From: a bacterium
Lineage (GTDB): Bacteria > Patescibacteriota > Minisyncoccia > Phycocordibacterales > Phycocordibacteraceae
DNA length: 64,000 nucleotides
NCBI GenBank assembly: GCA_021811365.1
Contig: JAJZPB010000001.1
Span: forward strand, 32,312 to 96,311
Reading direction: 5' to 3'
Shown: in pieces, positions 28,779-38,832 of the stretch
Layout of the letters: the number at the start of each line of letters is the position of its first letter
Position numbering within the stretch: the first letter of the stretch is position 1
The notes under the pieces: model-generated
Seen by the model: only the letters and a program-made list of their open reading frames with translations
Database searches by the model: none
Told to the model about the DNA's origin: nothing
Program-made: the position numbers and the translations under genes

Positions 28779-30284
28779 ATGGCTCTAGAGGAGATACGCG
28801 CACAGCGGCTCGAAAAGCTGCATCGAATGGAAGAAGCAGGCGTGGACCCGTATCCGGTTAGCAGCAACCGAACCCACGACGTCGCTTCCTTTCTAGCCGA
28901 CTACGAGCGACTTGAGGCAACGAAATCGCCGGTCACTATAGCGGGGCGCATTGTGTCATTTCGCGAGCACGGTGGGGCTATGTTTATCGACGTAAGCGAC
29001 GGGTCGGGCAAGGTACAGGCGTATCTGCAAAAGGATGTCCTCGGCGCGGATTCGTTTGTTTCGTTTCAGAAAAGCGTCGATACGGGCGATTTCGTAGAGT
29101 TTGCTGGGTATGCATATACCACGAAACGCGGCATGCGCTCGGTGCATGCCGAATCCTGGCGTATGCTGGCGAAATCTCTTTTGCCGATACCCGATCAGTG
29201 GTTTGGCCTTAAGGATGAGGATGAACGGTATCGCAAACGGTATCTTGATATCTTATTGTCTGAAGAAACGGCGAATCGCATTCGCCGTCGATCAAAGTTT
29301 TGGAATGTTATTCGTGCGTATTTGCTTGAGCGGGGCTTCGTGGAGGTGGAGACCCCAGTGCTTGAAACGACGACTGGCGGGGCAGAGGCTGCGCCGTTTG
29401 TAACACATCACAGCGCGCTCGATATTGATGTGTACTTGCGCATTAGCGCGGGCGAGCTGTGGCAGAAGCGGCTTATGGTCGCTGGACTGCCTAAAGTGTT
29501 TGAGATCGGGCGTATTTTCCGTAATGAGGGCATGAGCGCTGAGCACGCGCAGGACTACACGCAGCTTGAGTTTTATGAAGCATACAAAGACTATCGGCAG
29601 GGCATGGACATGATTCGCGACCTGTATCGAAAAATTGCTGACGAAGTCTACGGGACCCGCGTTTTCACCATAAAGGGCGCGGAGGTTGATCTTGGAAAAG
29701 AGTGGGAGATGTTTGATTTCAGCGCCCGAATGAAAGCGGCGTATGGGTTTGATCCGCGCGATGCGCTTGATATGCCGCTTGCGAGCCTGCACGCGCAGCT
29801 CGCAAAAATGGGCATCGGCAGCGAGGACGTACAGGATGCGGGTCGAGCGGTAGACCTGCTTTGGAAGAAGATTCGTAAGGAACTCGTTGGACCGGGTTTC
29901 TTGATAAACGTACCGGTGTACATGGAGCCGCTTGCAAAAAAAGACCCCAAAGATCCGCGCGTCGTCGAGCGCTTTCAGATTATGCTTGCGGGCAGCGAAA
30001 TGGGGAAGGGTTTCAGTGAGCTTAATGACCCGATTGATCAGGCAGAACGTTTTAAACGCCAGGGCGACCTGCGTGCTGCTGGAGACGAAGAGGCACAGAT
30101 GCCGGATGCTGAGTACGTCGAAGCGCTTGAGTACGGCATGCCGCCAGCGTTCGGTTTTGGCGTCTCAGAGCGGCTTTTTAGCACGCTCGAGGGCGTGCCG
30201 ATTCGCGAAGGTCAGACCTTCCCGCTCATGCGACCGCGTCCGCTTCGGGTAGACGTCTCAGATAAAACAGACATGCTCGGCTAA
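28779..30284 (+). CDS. lysS: lysine--tRNA ligase (class II)
   Basis: RYRKRYLD, GGAEAAPF, FRNEG, ELNDP, YGMPP. Confidence 0.96.
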   Translation: MALEEIRAQRLEKLHRMEEAGVDPYPVSSNRTHDVASFLADYERLEATKSPVTIAGRIVSFREHGGAMFIDVSDGSGKVQAYLQKDVLGADSFVSFQKSVDTGDFVEFAGYAYTTKRGMRSVHAESWRMLAKSLLPIPDQWFGLKDEDERYRKRYLDILLSEETANRIRRRSKFWNVIRAYLLERGFVEVETPVLETTTGGAEAAPFVTHHSALDIDVYLRISAGELWQKRLMVAGLPKVFEIGRIFRNEGMSAEHAQDYTQLEFYEAYKDYRQGMDMIRDLYRKIADEVYGTRVFTIKGAEVDLGKEWEMFDFSARMKAAYGFDPRDALDMPLASLHAQLAKMGIGSEDVQDAGRAVDLLWKKIRKELVGPGFLINVPVYMEPLAKKDPKDPRVVERFQIMLAGSEMGKGFSELNDPIDQAERFKRQGDLRAAGDEEAQMPDAEYVEALEYGMPPAFGFGVSERLFSTLEGVPIREGQTFPLMRPRPLRVDVSDKTDMLG

Positions 30285-30348
30285 CACTCGGGTCTGGTTA
30301 TCGTGCAGGAGAAAAGGCGGCCACAGGGGCCGCCTTTTTTGCGCATCG

Positions 30349-30789
30349 TCAGAGGGCCAGGGGCCGCTCGTCGCGGGTGCGACGACGCCAGCCATGCGCG
30401 TTGCCACCGGACGGCCGTCGCACCCTCAGCAGGTTATCGCCGGTGAGTCGAGCGTGCACGTGGAGGAGCGAGGCGCGGAGCCCCGCCAGACGTGGCGCTT
30501 CCGTAGTGCTGGTTGACCAAGGCCGCAGCGCGAGCTTGCGTGCAGGGAGCGAGGCGATTGCCGCCGGGATTCGATAGCGACTCCCGGGAGCACAGTCTTC
30601 CTCACTCAAAAATCGTGAGTACACGCCTCTGTTGTGGTACGGCCCGTCACAAGTGAAGACCACAATGAGCTCGAGCGGAGGAGCAGTGTCCGCAGAGAGT
30701 AGCACCGTAGGAATTTCTTCTGCCGCCAACAATTCCAACGCGCGGCAGGCGAGCATATCTCCAGCAAAAGCGCCGTAGGTCACGGTCAT
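30349..30789 (-). CDS. hypothetical protein
   Basis: ORF from MTVTYGAF with GGGAG RBS; hairpin at ~30314-30340. Confidence 0.45.
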   Translation of the reverse strand: MTVTYGAFAGDMLACRALELLAAEEIPTVLLSADTAPPLELIVVFTCDGPYHNRGVYSRFLSEEDCAPGSRYRIPAAIASLPARKLALRPWSTSTTEAPRLAGLRASLLHVHARLTGDNLLRVRRPSGGNAHGWRRRTRDERPLAL

Positions 30790-30864
30790 TGCGTAGTTCT
30801 CCCTAGGGGTGCTGGCGCGTTCAGGCGCGCAAGCGCGGAAGGTACAAACTCGTCCCTGGAAACG

Positions 30865-30898
30865 AGCGAACCCCCGACCATTCGGTCGGGGGTTCGCT
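30865..30898. terminator. 15-bp perfect hairpin
   Basis: agcgaacccccgacc-attc-ggtcgggggttcgct. Confidence 0.7.
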
Positions 30899-30913
30899 TC
30901 AATGTTCTTCTTT

Positions 30914-31015
30914 TTAGATTCTCTGGGAAGAAAACTCAAGCGAAACCCCGACCGGCAGTAGGACGAGGCTGGTAATCGCAAGGAGGAGGAGCGATGGGTT
31001 TGCAAAAGATTGCAT
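30914..31015 (-). CDS. putative 33-aa small membrane peptide
   Basis: MQSFANPSLLLLAITSLVLLPVGVSLEFSSQRI*, followed by a strong hairpin. Confidence 0.35.
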   Translation of the reverse strand: MQSFANPSLLLLAITSLVLLPVGVSLEFSSQRI

Positions 31016-31112
31016 CACCAACAGATTACCCTAGAGCCGCCGCGTTCGTCAAATACGCGTGCAAGCGACTGGGGATAGCGGACACGGCCGCTCGTGCGGT
31101 ACAGTGCCCAAT

Positions 31113-31847
31113 ATGCAGCAGAAGATTCTTGTGCTCCAGTCGCGAATGAATGCAGAGCTTTTGGCGCGCGAGCAGCGTACGTACGCCGAGCTCGTTCCTG
31201 AGGCGGAATGGGCGTTTATAAGTACGCTCGACGAGCGAATTTCCTGGCAAGACCCGGAGGTCGTCGTAGGAAGCATGGACACGGTGATTATCGGCGGGTC
31301 AGGAGATTTCGATTTCGACGAGGGCCGCGCGCCAGATGATGAAGCGCGGCGCACCTCGCATCGTTTAGCCGAACGCCTGCGGCCGCTCGTGAACTACGTA
31401 ATGGACACGGCGCTGCCTACGCTTGGTATTTGTTACGGGCACCAACTTGTGGCCGAAATTCACGGCGTACCGGTGGTACACGACCCCGAACAAGCAAAGA
31501 GTGGCTCCGAAGACGTTACGCTTACTGAAGAGGGGAAGCGCGATGTCTTTCTCGGTGAACTGCCGGAAACGTTCGTTGCGCAGTACGGACACAAGGACAG
31601 TCTTTCTGCTCTACCGGAGGGAGCAACCCTTCTGGCCACTGGCGAGCGCTGTCGTTTTAGCGCATTACGATACACCCCTGCGTTCTATACGTTTCAGTTC
31701 CACCCGGAGCTCACTGCAGCGGATATGGCACAGCGGCTTTCGAATTTACCCGGGTACATGCCCGACGGCGCCGAAATCAATCACGTCATGCGCGCATCGC
31801 CGGAAGCATCGCTACTCATTCCGCGATTTATCGAACATTTCGCGTAA
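31113..31847 (+). CDS. class I glutamine amidotransferase
   Basis: GICYGHQ nucleophile elbow, FQFHPE. Confidence 0.88.
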   Translation: MQQKILVLQSRMNAELLAREQRTYAELVPEAEWAFISTLDERISWQDPEVVVGSMDTVIIGGSGDFDFDEGRAPDDEARRTSHRLAERLRPLVNYVMDTALPTLGICYGHQLVAEIHGVPVVHDPEQAKSGSEDVTLTEEGKRDVFLGELPETFVAQYGHKDSLSALPEGATLLATGERCRFSALRYTPAFYTFQFHPELTAADMAQRLSNLPGYMPDGAEINHVMRASPEASLLIPRFIEHFA

Positions 31848-31935
31848 GTGCTTCAAGTACACGTCGCGACGAAAAGCGCCTGATCACGGGCGTTTTTCTG
31901 TTGCGTGGGGATAACTTCATGGTGTAAACAGAAGG

Positions 31936-31987
31936 GAAGTGTCATATAATCCCATCAAGTGGGATGAAGTGGGAAGCGGAATGGTGG
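31936..31987 (+). promoter_or_regulatory. mraZ promoter with MraZ-binding repeats
   Basis: TATAAT at 31945 followed by AAGTGGGA x2 at 10-bp spacing (31957, 31967). Confidence 0.65.
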
Positions 31988-32018
31988 TCCGCTTCTCACT
32001 CCAGCCCACGAACCACCC

Positions 32019-32441
32019 ATGTTCATCGGCGAATACACTCATACGCTCGATCCGAAGAATCGGATTTCATTGCCGGCAAAGTTCCGCAAGGACCTTGGCC
32101 GGTCGGTGGTTATTACGCGGGGGCTTGATCACTGCTTGTTCGTGTACTCGAAAAAAGAGTGGGCGAAAGAAGCAGAGAGCCGCGCTTTTCATGCCGGTGG
32201 TAACGCAGCCGGGCGCGGCCTTGCGCGCCTCTTCCTTGCGGGGGCCATGGAGGTCGATGTCGACAGCGCCGGACGCGTGCTCATCGCTGATCATTTGCGC
32301 GCCTACGCCGGACTGAGTTCAAAAGCAATTATTGCGGGGGTCGCCAGTCGCATAGAAATTTGGGACGAAGGGGCGTGGAAGACGTATACCGCCTCGATTG
32401 AGCGCGACGCCGATGCGCTCGCGGAGTCGCTTACCGCATAG
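32019..32441 (+). CDS. mraZ: transcriptional regulator MraZ
   Basis: MFIGEY.H.LDPKNR, DSAGRV, RIEIW. Confidence 0.96.
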   Translation: MFIGEYTHTLDPKNRISLPAKFRKDLGRSVVITRGLDHCLFVYSKKEWAKEAESRAFHAGGNAAGRGLARLFLAGAMEVDVDSAGRVLIADHLRAYAGLSSKAIIAGVASRIEIWDEGAWKTYTASIERDADALAESLTA

Positions 32442-32446
32442 AGAGT

Positions 32447-33400
32447 ATGGAAGCGAAGCACGCAACCGTCTTGCTCGCTGAGGCTATTGAGGCGCTAGCT
32501 CCGCTCAAAAACGACACAATTGTAGACGCTACCTTGGGCGGGGCGGGGCACTTCGCTGCGATTCTCGCCCGGCTCGGTGGTGACGGCACGATCGTCGGTA
32601 TCGACGCCGACCCAGAAGCGGTCGAACGCGCCCGTGCGGAATATGCGGCAGATCGTCGAGAAGCACGCCCGACCGCGCACTTGGTCAATGACAATTTTCG
32701 CAACCTTGCGCACATCCTTGAGCGGCTCGACCTCGGCAAGGTACAGGGCGTGCTCTTCGACTTGGGCTGGAGCGGCTACCAGATATCTGCACCGCGAGGC
32801 TTTTCATTCCAGCGAGACGAGCCGCTTCTTATGACGTATGGGGAGAACGGCGAAACAGCTGCCCAGGTGGTCAACTCCGCGAGCGAAGCTGAATTAGCCG
32901 ACCTTATTTTCAATTACGGTGAGGAGCGGTTTGCGCGTGGTATCGCTCGTTCGATAGTCATAGCACGAGCGCACGAGCGCATTCTCACTACTGGCGCGCT
33001 TGTGGCGGCGATTATGTCCGGTACGCCAAACTGGTATCACCATCGTCGTATCCACCCCGCAACGAAGACCTTCCAAGCGCTGCGCATTGCCGTCAACGAC
33101 GAACTGGGAGCGCTCAAGGAGGGTGTGTCAGCAGCGCTCGCAGCGCTTGCGGCGGGCGGACGGCTTGCGGTCATTTCGTTCCACAGCATCGAGGACAGGA
33201 TCGTAAAAAAGATGCTCCGTGCTGCGGAGGACTCTGGTTTAGGGTCGCTCTCTCCCAAAAAGCCCTTGGTGCCGAGCCGCGCGGAACTCGCAGCAAATCC
33301 GCGCGCGCGTAGCGCTAAGCTCCGTGTCTTTGAACGCTCGATGCAGCCCGCGGACAGTGCGCTTCTTATTCCTTCAACTCATCACTATACCTATGCGTAA
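32447..33400 (+). CDS. rsmH: 16S rRNA m4C1402 methyltransferase
   Basis: DATLGGAGH, RGFSF, FQALRIAVN, NPRARSAKLR. Confidence 0.96.
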   Translation: MEAKHATVLLAEAIEALAPLKNDTIVDATLGGAGHFAAILARLGGDGTIVGIDADPEAVERARAEYAADRREARPTAHLVNDNFRNLAHILERLDLGKVQGVLFDLGWSGYQISAPRGFSFQRDEPLLMTYGENGETAAQVVNSASEAELADLIFNYGEERFARGIARSIVIARAHERILTTGALVAAIMSGTPNWYHHRRIHPATKTFQALRIAVNDELGALKEGVSAALAALAAGGRLAVISFHSIEDRIVKKMLRAAEDSGLGSLSPKKPLVPSRAELAANPRARSAKLRVFERSMQPADSALLIPSTHHYTYA

Positions 33401-33704
33401 TGCTGCTTTCACGTCGCCTGCGCGCGCCCGGGCTTCGTTTTCTCCCATCGCGCTTTTAACGGGCCTTGTAGCAACGCTCGGCGTGGCGTACGTGGGGCTT
33501 ATCGCCGTTGTTATGGCGTACGCTGCCGTTACGGTACAGTTTTCCCAATCGGTGCGCAGCGACGAAGCGCAGGTCGCCGTTCTTGAGGGGCAGTACCTGT
33601 CGGCGATAGCGGGCATCAACAGCACCGACTACGCTGCGGCCGGGTATGCAAAGCCGATTGCTGAGGTATATGTGCCCGGCGCTCGGGCTACGGCGCTGCG
33701 GTAG
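33393..33704 (+). CDS. FtsL-like cell division protein
   Basis: TM plus coiled coil between rsmH and ftsI. Confidence 0.55.
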   Translation: MRNAAFTSPARARASFSPIALLTGLVATLGVAYVGLIAVVMAYAAVTVQFSQSVRSDEAQVAVLEGQYLSAIAGINSTDYAAAGYAKPIAEVYVPGARATALR

Positions 33705-33713
33705 ACTGCGTGC

Positions 33714-35447
33714 ATGCGCGCTGTATTCCGGCTACGAGTTCGTGTGGTGCTTGCGGTGGTGCTTGCCGTAGCAACGCTTATCGTGGGGCGGCTCTATTTC
33801 GTGCAGGTAGCACAGGGTGCCGAGTATAGCCGTAAGGCTGAACAGCAATTTGCGGCCGCCGGACAGAGCGGTCTTTTTGATCGTGGTTCTATTTATTTCA
33901 CGACCAAAAATGGGATACATGTAAGCGCAGCCACGCTCGCTGCGGGGTATCTCGTCGCCATAAACCCGCGCTTGCTTGCCGCGCCTACGGCAGCGTATGA
34001 CGCCATAAGCGCCGTAGCAACCACGACGCTTTCAAAGTCGGCGTTTCTTACGGCTGCCGCCAATAAAAATCTCGTCTACGTCGAGGTGGCGCATGGCCTC
34101 TCGTCTGCTGCTGGGCAATCGCTCGCGGCACAAAATATCACGGGCGTAGAGCTGCTGCCGGAACGCTGGCGCTGGTATCCAGGAGCGTCGCTAGCGACTA
34201 AAACAATCGGCGTGGTCGGCTACGGGTCCGGCTCCACGCTCATTGGACAATCAGGTCTCGAGGAAGAGTACGATTCAGTGCTCGAGCGCTCAGGAGGCGA
34301 CCTGCTCGGCAATTTCTTTGCTACGCTTTTTTCCGGCGCGGGGAGTACGCTGGTAAGCGCACAAAACGCGCGTGAAGGCGACGTCGTGACAACGATAGAG
34401 CCGGAGGTGGAGACGCGGCTTATGGACGACGTTGCCGCCATGAACGCAACGCACTCGAGCCACAGTAGCGGGGGTATTATTATGGATCCAAAAACGGGCG
34501 CTATTATCGCCCTAGCTTCGTACCCGACCTATAACCCGAATGACCTTACAAATGTAAATCCGCAACTACTGGAGAACCCACTGGTCTCGCACGTATATGA
34601 ATTCGGCTCCATTATGAAGCCGATTACCATGGTTTCGGCACTATCGGCCGGGGTCATCTCCGCAACCTCGACCTACAACGACACGGGCTGTTTCCACGTA
34701 GATGGCAGTCGAATCTGCAACTGGAACTACCATGCGTACGGCGTCATTCCGATGAAGACAATCATCATGCAGTCGCTCAACGTCGGTGCTTCGTGGGTGG
34801 CAGAGCAGCTCGGACATGCGCGCATGCATGACTACTTCACGAAAGTATTCGGGAGCAAAACAGGCATAGATTTGCCCAACGAAGCAACGGCGCTGATGAG
34901 CAATCTCTCAAAGCCGCAGCAAATTTACTACGACACGGCGTCCTTCGGAGAAGGCATTGCGGTAACGCCCGTGCAGATGATTCGCGCGGAAGCGGCTATC
35001 GCCAATGGCGGCACGCTCGTGACGCCGCACGTTGTTTCGAGCATCGTGCTCCAGTCGGGGCAAACGAAGGAGCTTTCGTGGCCAAGCGGTCCGCGAGTAT
35101 TTACGCCGCAAGCGACGCGCGAGACGGCGTCAATGATGGACGGCCTCTTCAGTCAGGTGCTCTATAACGGCAAGTACAACATTCCCGGCATACCGGTCGC
35201 AATGAAAACCGGAACGGCGCAGCTGCCGACTCCGACTGGCACGTACTACAACAACAGATTTTTTGACGACGAAGTGGTGTTCTTTCCTTCGAACAACCCC
35301 CGCTTTGTCATCCTGCTCTACACCGAGGACCCAAAGAACGCCATCTACGGCACGGACACCATCACGCCGCCGATGATTGACCTTATTCACTTTCTGATTA
35401 ACTATTACAACATTACGCCCACCGAGGCGGGGACCACAACACCATGA
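33714..35447 (+). CDS. ftsI: peptidoglycan transpeptidase FtsI/PBP3
   Basis: RGSIY, SIMK, SLN, KTG; dcw context. Confidence 0.88.
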   Translation: MRAVFRLRVRVVLAVVLAVATLIVGRLYFVQVAQGAEYSRKAEQQFAAAGQSGLFDRGSIYFTTKNGIHVSAATLAAGYLVAINPRLLAAPTAAYDAISAVATTTLSKSAFLTAAANKNLVYVEVAHGLSSAAGQSLAAQNITGVELLPERWRWYPGASLATKTIGVVGYGSGSTLIGQSGLEEEYDSVLERSGGDLLGNFFATLFSGAGSTLVSAQNAREGDVVTTIEPEVETRLMDDVAAMNATHSSHSSGGIIMDPKTGAIIALASYPTYNPNDLTNVNPQLLENPLVSHVYEFGSIMKPITMVSALSAGVISATSTYNDTGCFHVDGSRICNWNYHAYGVIPMKTIIMQSLNVGASWVAEQLGHARMHDYFTKVFGSKTGIDLPNEATALMSNLSKPQQIYYDTASFGEGIAVTPVQMIRAEAAIANGGTLVTPHVVSSIVLQSGQTKELSWPSGPRVFTPQATRETASMMDGLFSQVLYNGKYNIPGIPVAMKTGTAQLPTPTGTYYNNRFFDDEVVFFPSNNPRFVILLYTEDPKNAIYGTDTITPPMIDLIHFLINYYNITPTEAGTTTP

Positions 35448-36724
35448 AGCAACTACTTAAAGCAATCGGAGCAAGCATTCTCGCGGTTTGCGCGCGGCTT
35501 GTCATTCGGCGCTATAAGCCGAAGATTGTCATGGTTACCGGCTCCGTCGGTAAAACCTCCACAAAGGACGCGGTGGCTGCGGTCCTCGCGGCGCGTTTTT
35601 TCGTTCGCAAGAGCGAGAAAAGCTTCAACAGCGAGTTTGGCGTGCCGTTCACGATTCTGGGCGTGGGGAACCCATGGGGCAAGCCGACCGCCTGGCTTGC
35701 AGTGCTTAAGAGCGCTTTTACGCTTCTCGTCCTCCCTAACCACTACCCCGCACTGCTCGTGCTTGAAGTGGGTGCAGACAGGCCCGGCGATCTTGAACGA
35801 ATACTACGTATCGCGACGCCGGACGCAGTTGTTTTAACGCGCTTGCCGGAAATCCCAGTCCATGTCGAGGCTTACGCATCGCCTGACGCGGTACGCGAAG
35901 AGGAGTCGCTGCCAGCCTATGCACTGTCGTCGGGAGGACCTCTTATCGTGAACGCCGACGACGAGTACGCGCTCGAGGTTGCGGCGCGCACGAGCGCGCG
36001 CGTTATCACCTACGGCGTGAGCGACGAGTCGCGGGTGCGCGTAAGCGCTACAGACTTTTACATAGAAGAAGGTGTAGTCGTTGGAATGCAGACGAAAGTG
36101 CAGGTGGGCGAAGAGGATGCAATCGTGACAGTGCGTGGATCGGTAGGGAAGGCGCAGGTGTTACCAGCCGCGGCGGCAATCGCTATAGCGACCACGTTTG
36201 ACATAGCTCTTCCCGAAGCGCTCGAGGCGCTGGCTGCGTATGAGCCGCCGCCCGGTCGCGGTCGTTTGTTCCGTGGGAAACGCGGCAGCGTCATTGTCGA
36301 TGACTCGTATAACGCGTCGCCGGCAGCCGTTGAGGAGGCGCTCACTACCCTGAAAGCCTTTCCAGGCGCGCGTCGCCGCATTGCTGTTCTTGGCGACATG
36401 CTTGAGCTCGGCCGCTATTCCGTGATGGAGCACGAGCGTCTCGGCGCGCTCGCCGCGGAGAGCTGTGATGTAGTGGTTAGTGTCGGCATTCGCGCGCGCG
36501 GCCTTGCCGCGGCAGCAATCAAGGCGGGCGCCCAGACCGAAACATTTGACGAGTCGAATCGCGCAGGGCTCGCGCTCGCCGATATTGTGCAGGAGGGCGA
36601 TGTCGTGTTGGTCAAGGGTTCGCAAGGGGTGCGTATGGAACGGGTCGTCGAACAGCTGCTCGCGGACTCCGCTGACCGCGCGCGCCTCGTGCGCCAGGAA
36701 AAAGAGTGGCGTAAGCGTAGGTAG
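35444..36724 (+). CDS. murF: UDP-MurNAc-tripeptide--D-Ala-D-Ala ligase
   Basis: VTGSVGKTSTK, DDSYNA, LGDMLELG, LVKGS. Confidence 0.93.
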   Translation: MKQLLKAIGASILAVCARLVIRRYKPKIVMVTGSVGKTSTKDAVAAVLAARFFVRKSEKSFNSEFGVPFTILGVGNPWGKPTAWLAVLKSAFTLLVLPNHYPALLVLEVGADRPGDLERILRIATPDAVVLTRLPEIPVHVEAYASPDAVREEESLPAYALSSGGPLIVNADDEYALEVAARTSARVITYGVSDESRVRVSATDFYIEEGVVVGMQTKVQVGEEDAIVTVRGSVGKAQVLPAAAAIAIATTFDIALPEALEALAAYEPPPGRGRLFRGKRGSVIVDDSYNASPAAVEEALTTLKAFPGARRRIAVLGDMLELGRYSVMEHERLGALAAESCDVVVSVGIRARGLAAAAIKAGAQTETFDESNRAGLALADIVQEGDVVLVKGSQGVRMERVVEQLLADSADRARLVRQEKEWRKRR

Positions 36725-36743
36725 TTGCTGGGCCCAGCAAACG

Positions 36744-38519
36744 CTAGAGGCCGCGAACCCCGAGCTTTCGATATTCTTCGGACGAAAGGTCGAGGAAATT
36801 CTGGATTTGACTTTCAGAGTAGGATTGGTCCAGGTCTGATAGAGTCACTAGCTGAAAAGATGAAAGCGGGACAGGAGCTTTTTGCAAGAAAAATGAAAGA
36901 TGACCACGCACTACGCTTTCGTTTCCGGCCAGGTAAAAAAGGGCAGGGTACGACCGGCTCAGATACAGCCAAAACGGGTTGAAGGGCAGACTTTGTTTCT
37001 GCATCATCGCGTTAATGCCCGCAATAATTGAGTTCATGGCAATGGCCGTCTGGATTTGTTGATCGAAAAGAGCAGACTGGTCGTGATATAGCGCGATTCG
37101 CCGTTCAAGTGCGTACACGGTGTCCGGAGATGTCTGTCTCGCAAGAGACTCTTCTCCTGTTGCTGATAGGAGATTAGAAATGGTGCCTACATATTGCGAA
37201 ATAGCGTCTTCGGATATAAAAGGCGCGTTCGTGATTTCACTTTCCTCTGTGGCAGCGCGCTTTATCAGCGGACTCCTTTTTTGGAAAGCTTTGCCTAAAA
37301 AAAGCGGCCGTTGAGCAATGCTGTCGGCAAGTCTATAGAGCGATGCGACGCGTGCAGATTCTATGCCCGAGTCGGGGCATTCATAGAAGTTCGACACCCT
37401 TTGCCCAAGGAAAGATAGTCCGTGAGCTTGAAGGTCGGTATAAAAAGCGCTCGACGTTTTCTTGCGCAGGTCGTAAAAATACATGTTGTTAATAGATTCG
37501 AATTGAAAATCTGGCACAGGTGAATGTGCATCTCGGATCGTCCATAGGTACATATAAAAAGGACCTGTGGTAGGCACGCAATCACTTTTTGTAAGTGCCA
37601 CCACGCCGAGGCCCATAAATTGTTCTCCAAGGACGGTGGCGTTTGTTTTTTCCATCGATGTGAGTACCGATTCCACGTGTGTGACTGGTGGTGGTAAGGC
37701 GGCAAGAGTTGTCGAAACTCCTGAAAGGGAACTGGTTCGCGGGAGCAGGCTTTGCAGGGGGGTGCATGCAGTGTTGTTTCCCTGTAGACAGCTAAATCGT
37801 GCAAGCGCTTTTTGTTGGTCGTCTTCCGCACTAGCAGCCAGAGCTGATAAGCGCGCACCGAAAACGCCGCTCGTGGTGTACCCATTAGGGAACGTATATT
37901 CGTTGTTGGCGATGCTTTTACTGCCAAGCCCGTCGAGAGCGGAGGCGGTTTCGTTAAGTGCTGATTGATAGTGCGTCAGCGCAGTTTGCAGCGACGTATT
38001 GTAGAGGAGCGCGCCACTGTAGCTTGGGTGCGTGAGTAGTGCGATACGGTTTTTCTCAAGCTGTGGAAGCGTCTCGAGGAAGGCGATAGGATAAAAACTA
38101 TTCGCGAGTACCGTACGAATGCTGCTGGGGTAGGCCGCCGAGAGCGAATCGACGGATTGCCTGAGGGCCGCTATTGCGAGTGTCAACTTCGCAGGGTCCG
38201 TCCCCCCGAGAGCCATGATGGGATCAAGCCGATTTGCAATTGTAAAGTATGCAATCCGAAAAACCTTAGAAACGGTATTTGGGTTGGTGACTACTTTTCC
38301 GCCTGTTGCCACGACGCCATGACTGACTGAGTAGGTGGTGCTCCCGATGGTAATATCGGGCACAATAAACTGAGAAAATTGCCGACTAAACGCCGAGGAA
38401 TTTGAAGCGAATACCCCCTCTGCTTGAGCGTAATAAACAAGCAGACCTATTCCTATAAAGAGAAAAGCAGAAAGTAAGAAGAATAAAGTACCCCGATGTC
38501 TGTGGATAAGGGATTGCAT
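36744..38519 (-). CDS. membrane-anchored/exported hypothetical protein
   Basis: N-terminal TM ending YYAQA-E, about 590 aa; first gene of the island. Confidence 0.75.
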   Translation of the reverse strand: MQSLIHRHRGTLFFLLSAFLFIGIGLLVYYAQAEGVFASNSSAFSRQFSQFIVPDITIGSTTYSVSHGVVATGGKVVTNPNTVSKVFRIAYFTIANRLDPIMALGGTDPAKLTLAIAALRQSVDSLSAAYPSSIRTVLANSFYPIAFLETLPQLEKNRIALLTHPSYSGALLYNTSLQTALTHYQSALNETASALDGLGSKSIANNEYTFPNGYTTSGVFGARLSALAASAEDDQQKALARFSCLQGNNTACTPLQSLLPRTSSLSGVSTTLAALPPPVTHVESVLTSMEKTNATVLGEQFMGLGVVALTKSDCVPTTGPFYMYLWTIRDAHSPVPDFQFESINNMYFYDLRKKTSSAFYTDLQAHGLSFLGQRVSNFYECPDSGIESARVASLYRLADSIAQRPLFLGKAFQKRSPLIKRAATEESEITNAPFISEDAISQYVGTISNLLSATGEESLARQTSPDTVYALERRIALYHDQSALFDQQIQTAIAMNSIIAGINAMMQKQSLPFNPFWLYLSRSYPALFYLAGNESVVRGHLSFFLQKAPVPLSSFQLVTLSDLDQSYSESQIQNFLDLSSEEYRKLGVRGL

Positions 38520-38591
38520 GGGTAACCGCAATGAGAGTACAGTATTCCTATCAGATGTGTAAGCAGTATACTGCATTAAATTACTCCCACC

Positions 38592-38831
38592 ATGCATCCA
38601 CGTAAATTTCCTTGGGTTCAAAAGTCGGCACTGTTCATGGCTGTGATAGCTTTTGGATCGGCGGTAGCAAGTGTCTTCGTGGTCGTTCATGAAAAGCCAG
38701 GAAGCGAGGTTGCGGTGGCCCAGGCGGCACACGCATGCGTCGCACCAATCGGGAATACGTCTCCAACGAACGTACGCACGGCAAATCAAAGAAAACAGCT
38801 CTTCGTGAGCTGCGCAGGGTTTTTAAACTGA
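38592..38831 (+). CDS. small TM-anchored peptide
   Basis: TM segment, AQAAHA-C, C-terminal FVSCAGFLN; fits the gap between flanking genes. Confidence 0.6.
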   Translation: MHPRKFPWVQKSALFMAVIAFGSAVASVFVVVHEKPGSEVAVAQAAHACVAPIGNTSPTNVRTANQRKQLFVSCAGFLN

Positions 38832-38832
38832 A

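Noticed and set aside
14500-36700. Many long antisense/overlapping ORFs in the track (e.g. 19343-19987, 24715-25299, 25813-26637)
   Set aside because: These are shadow ORFs of GC-rich real genes, with no motifs.
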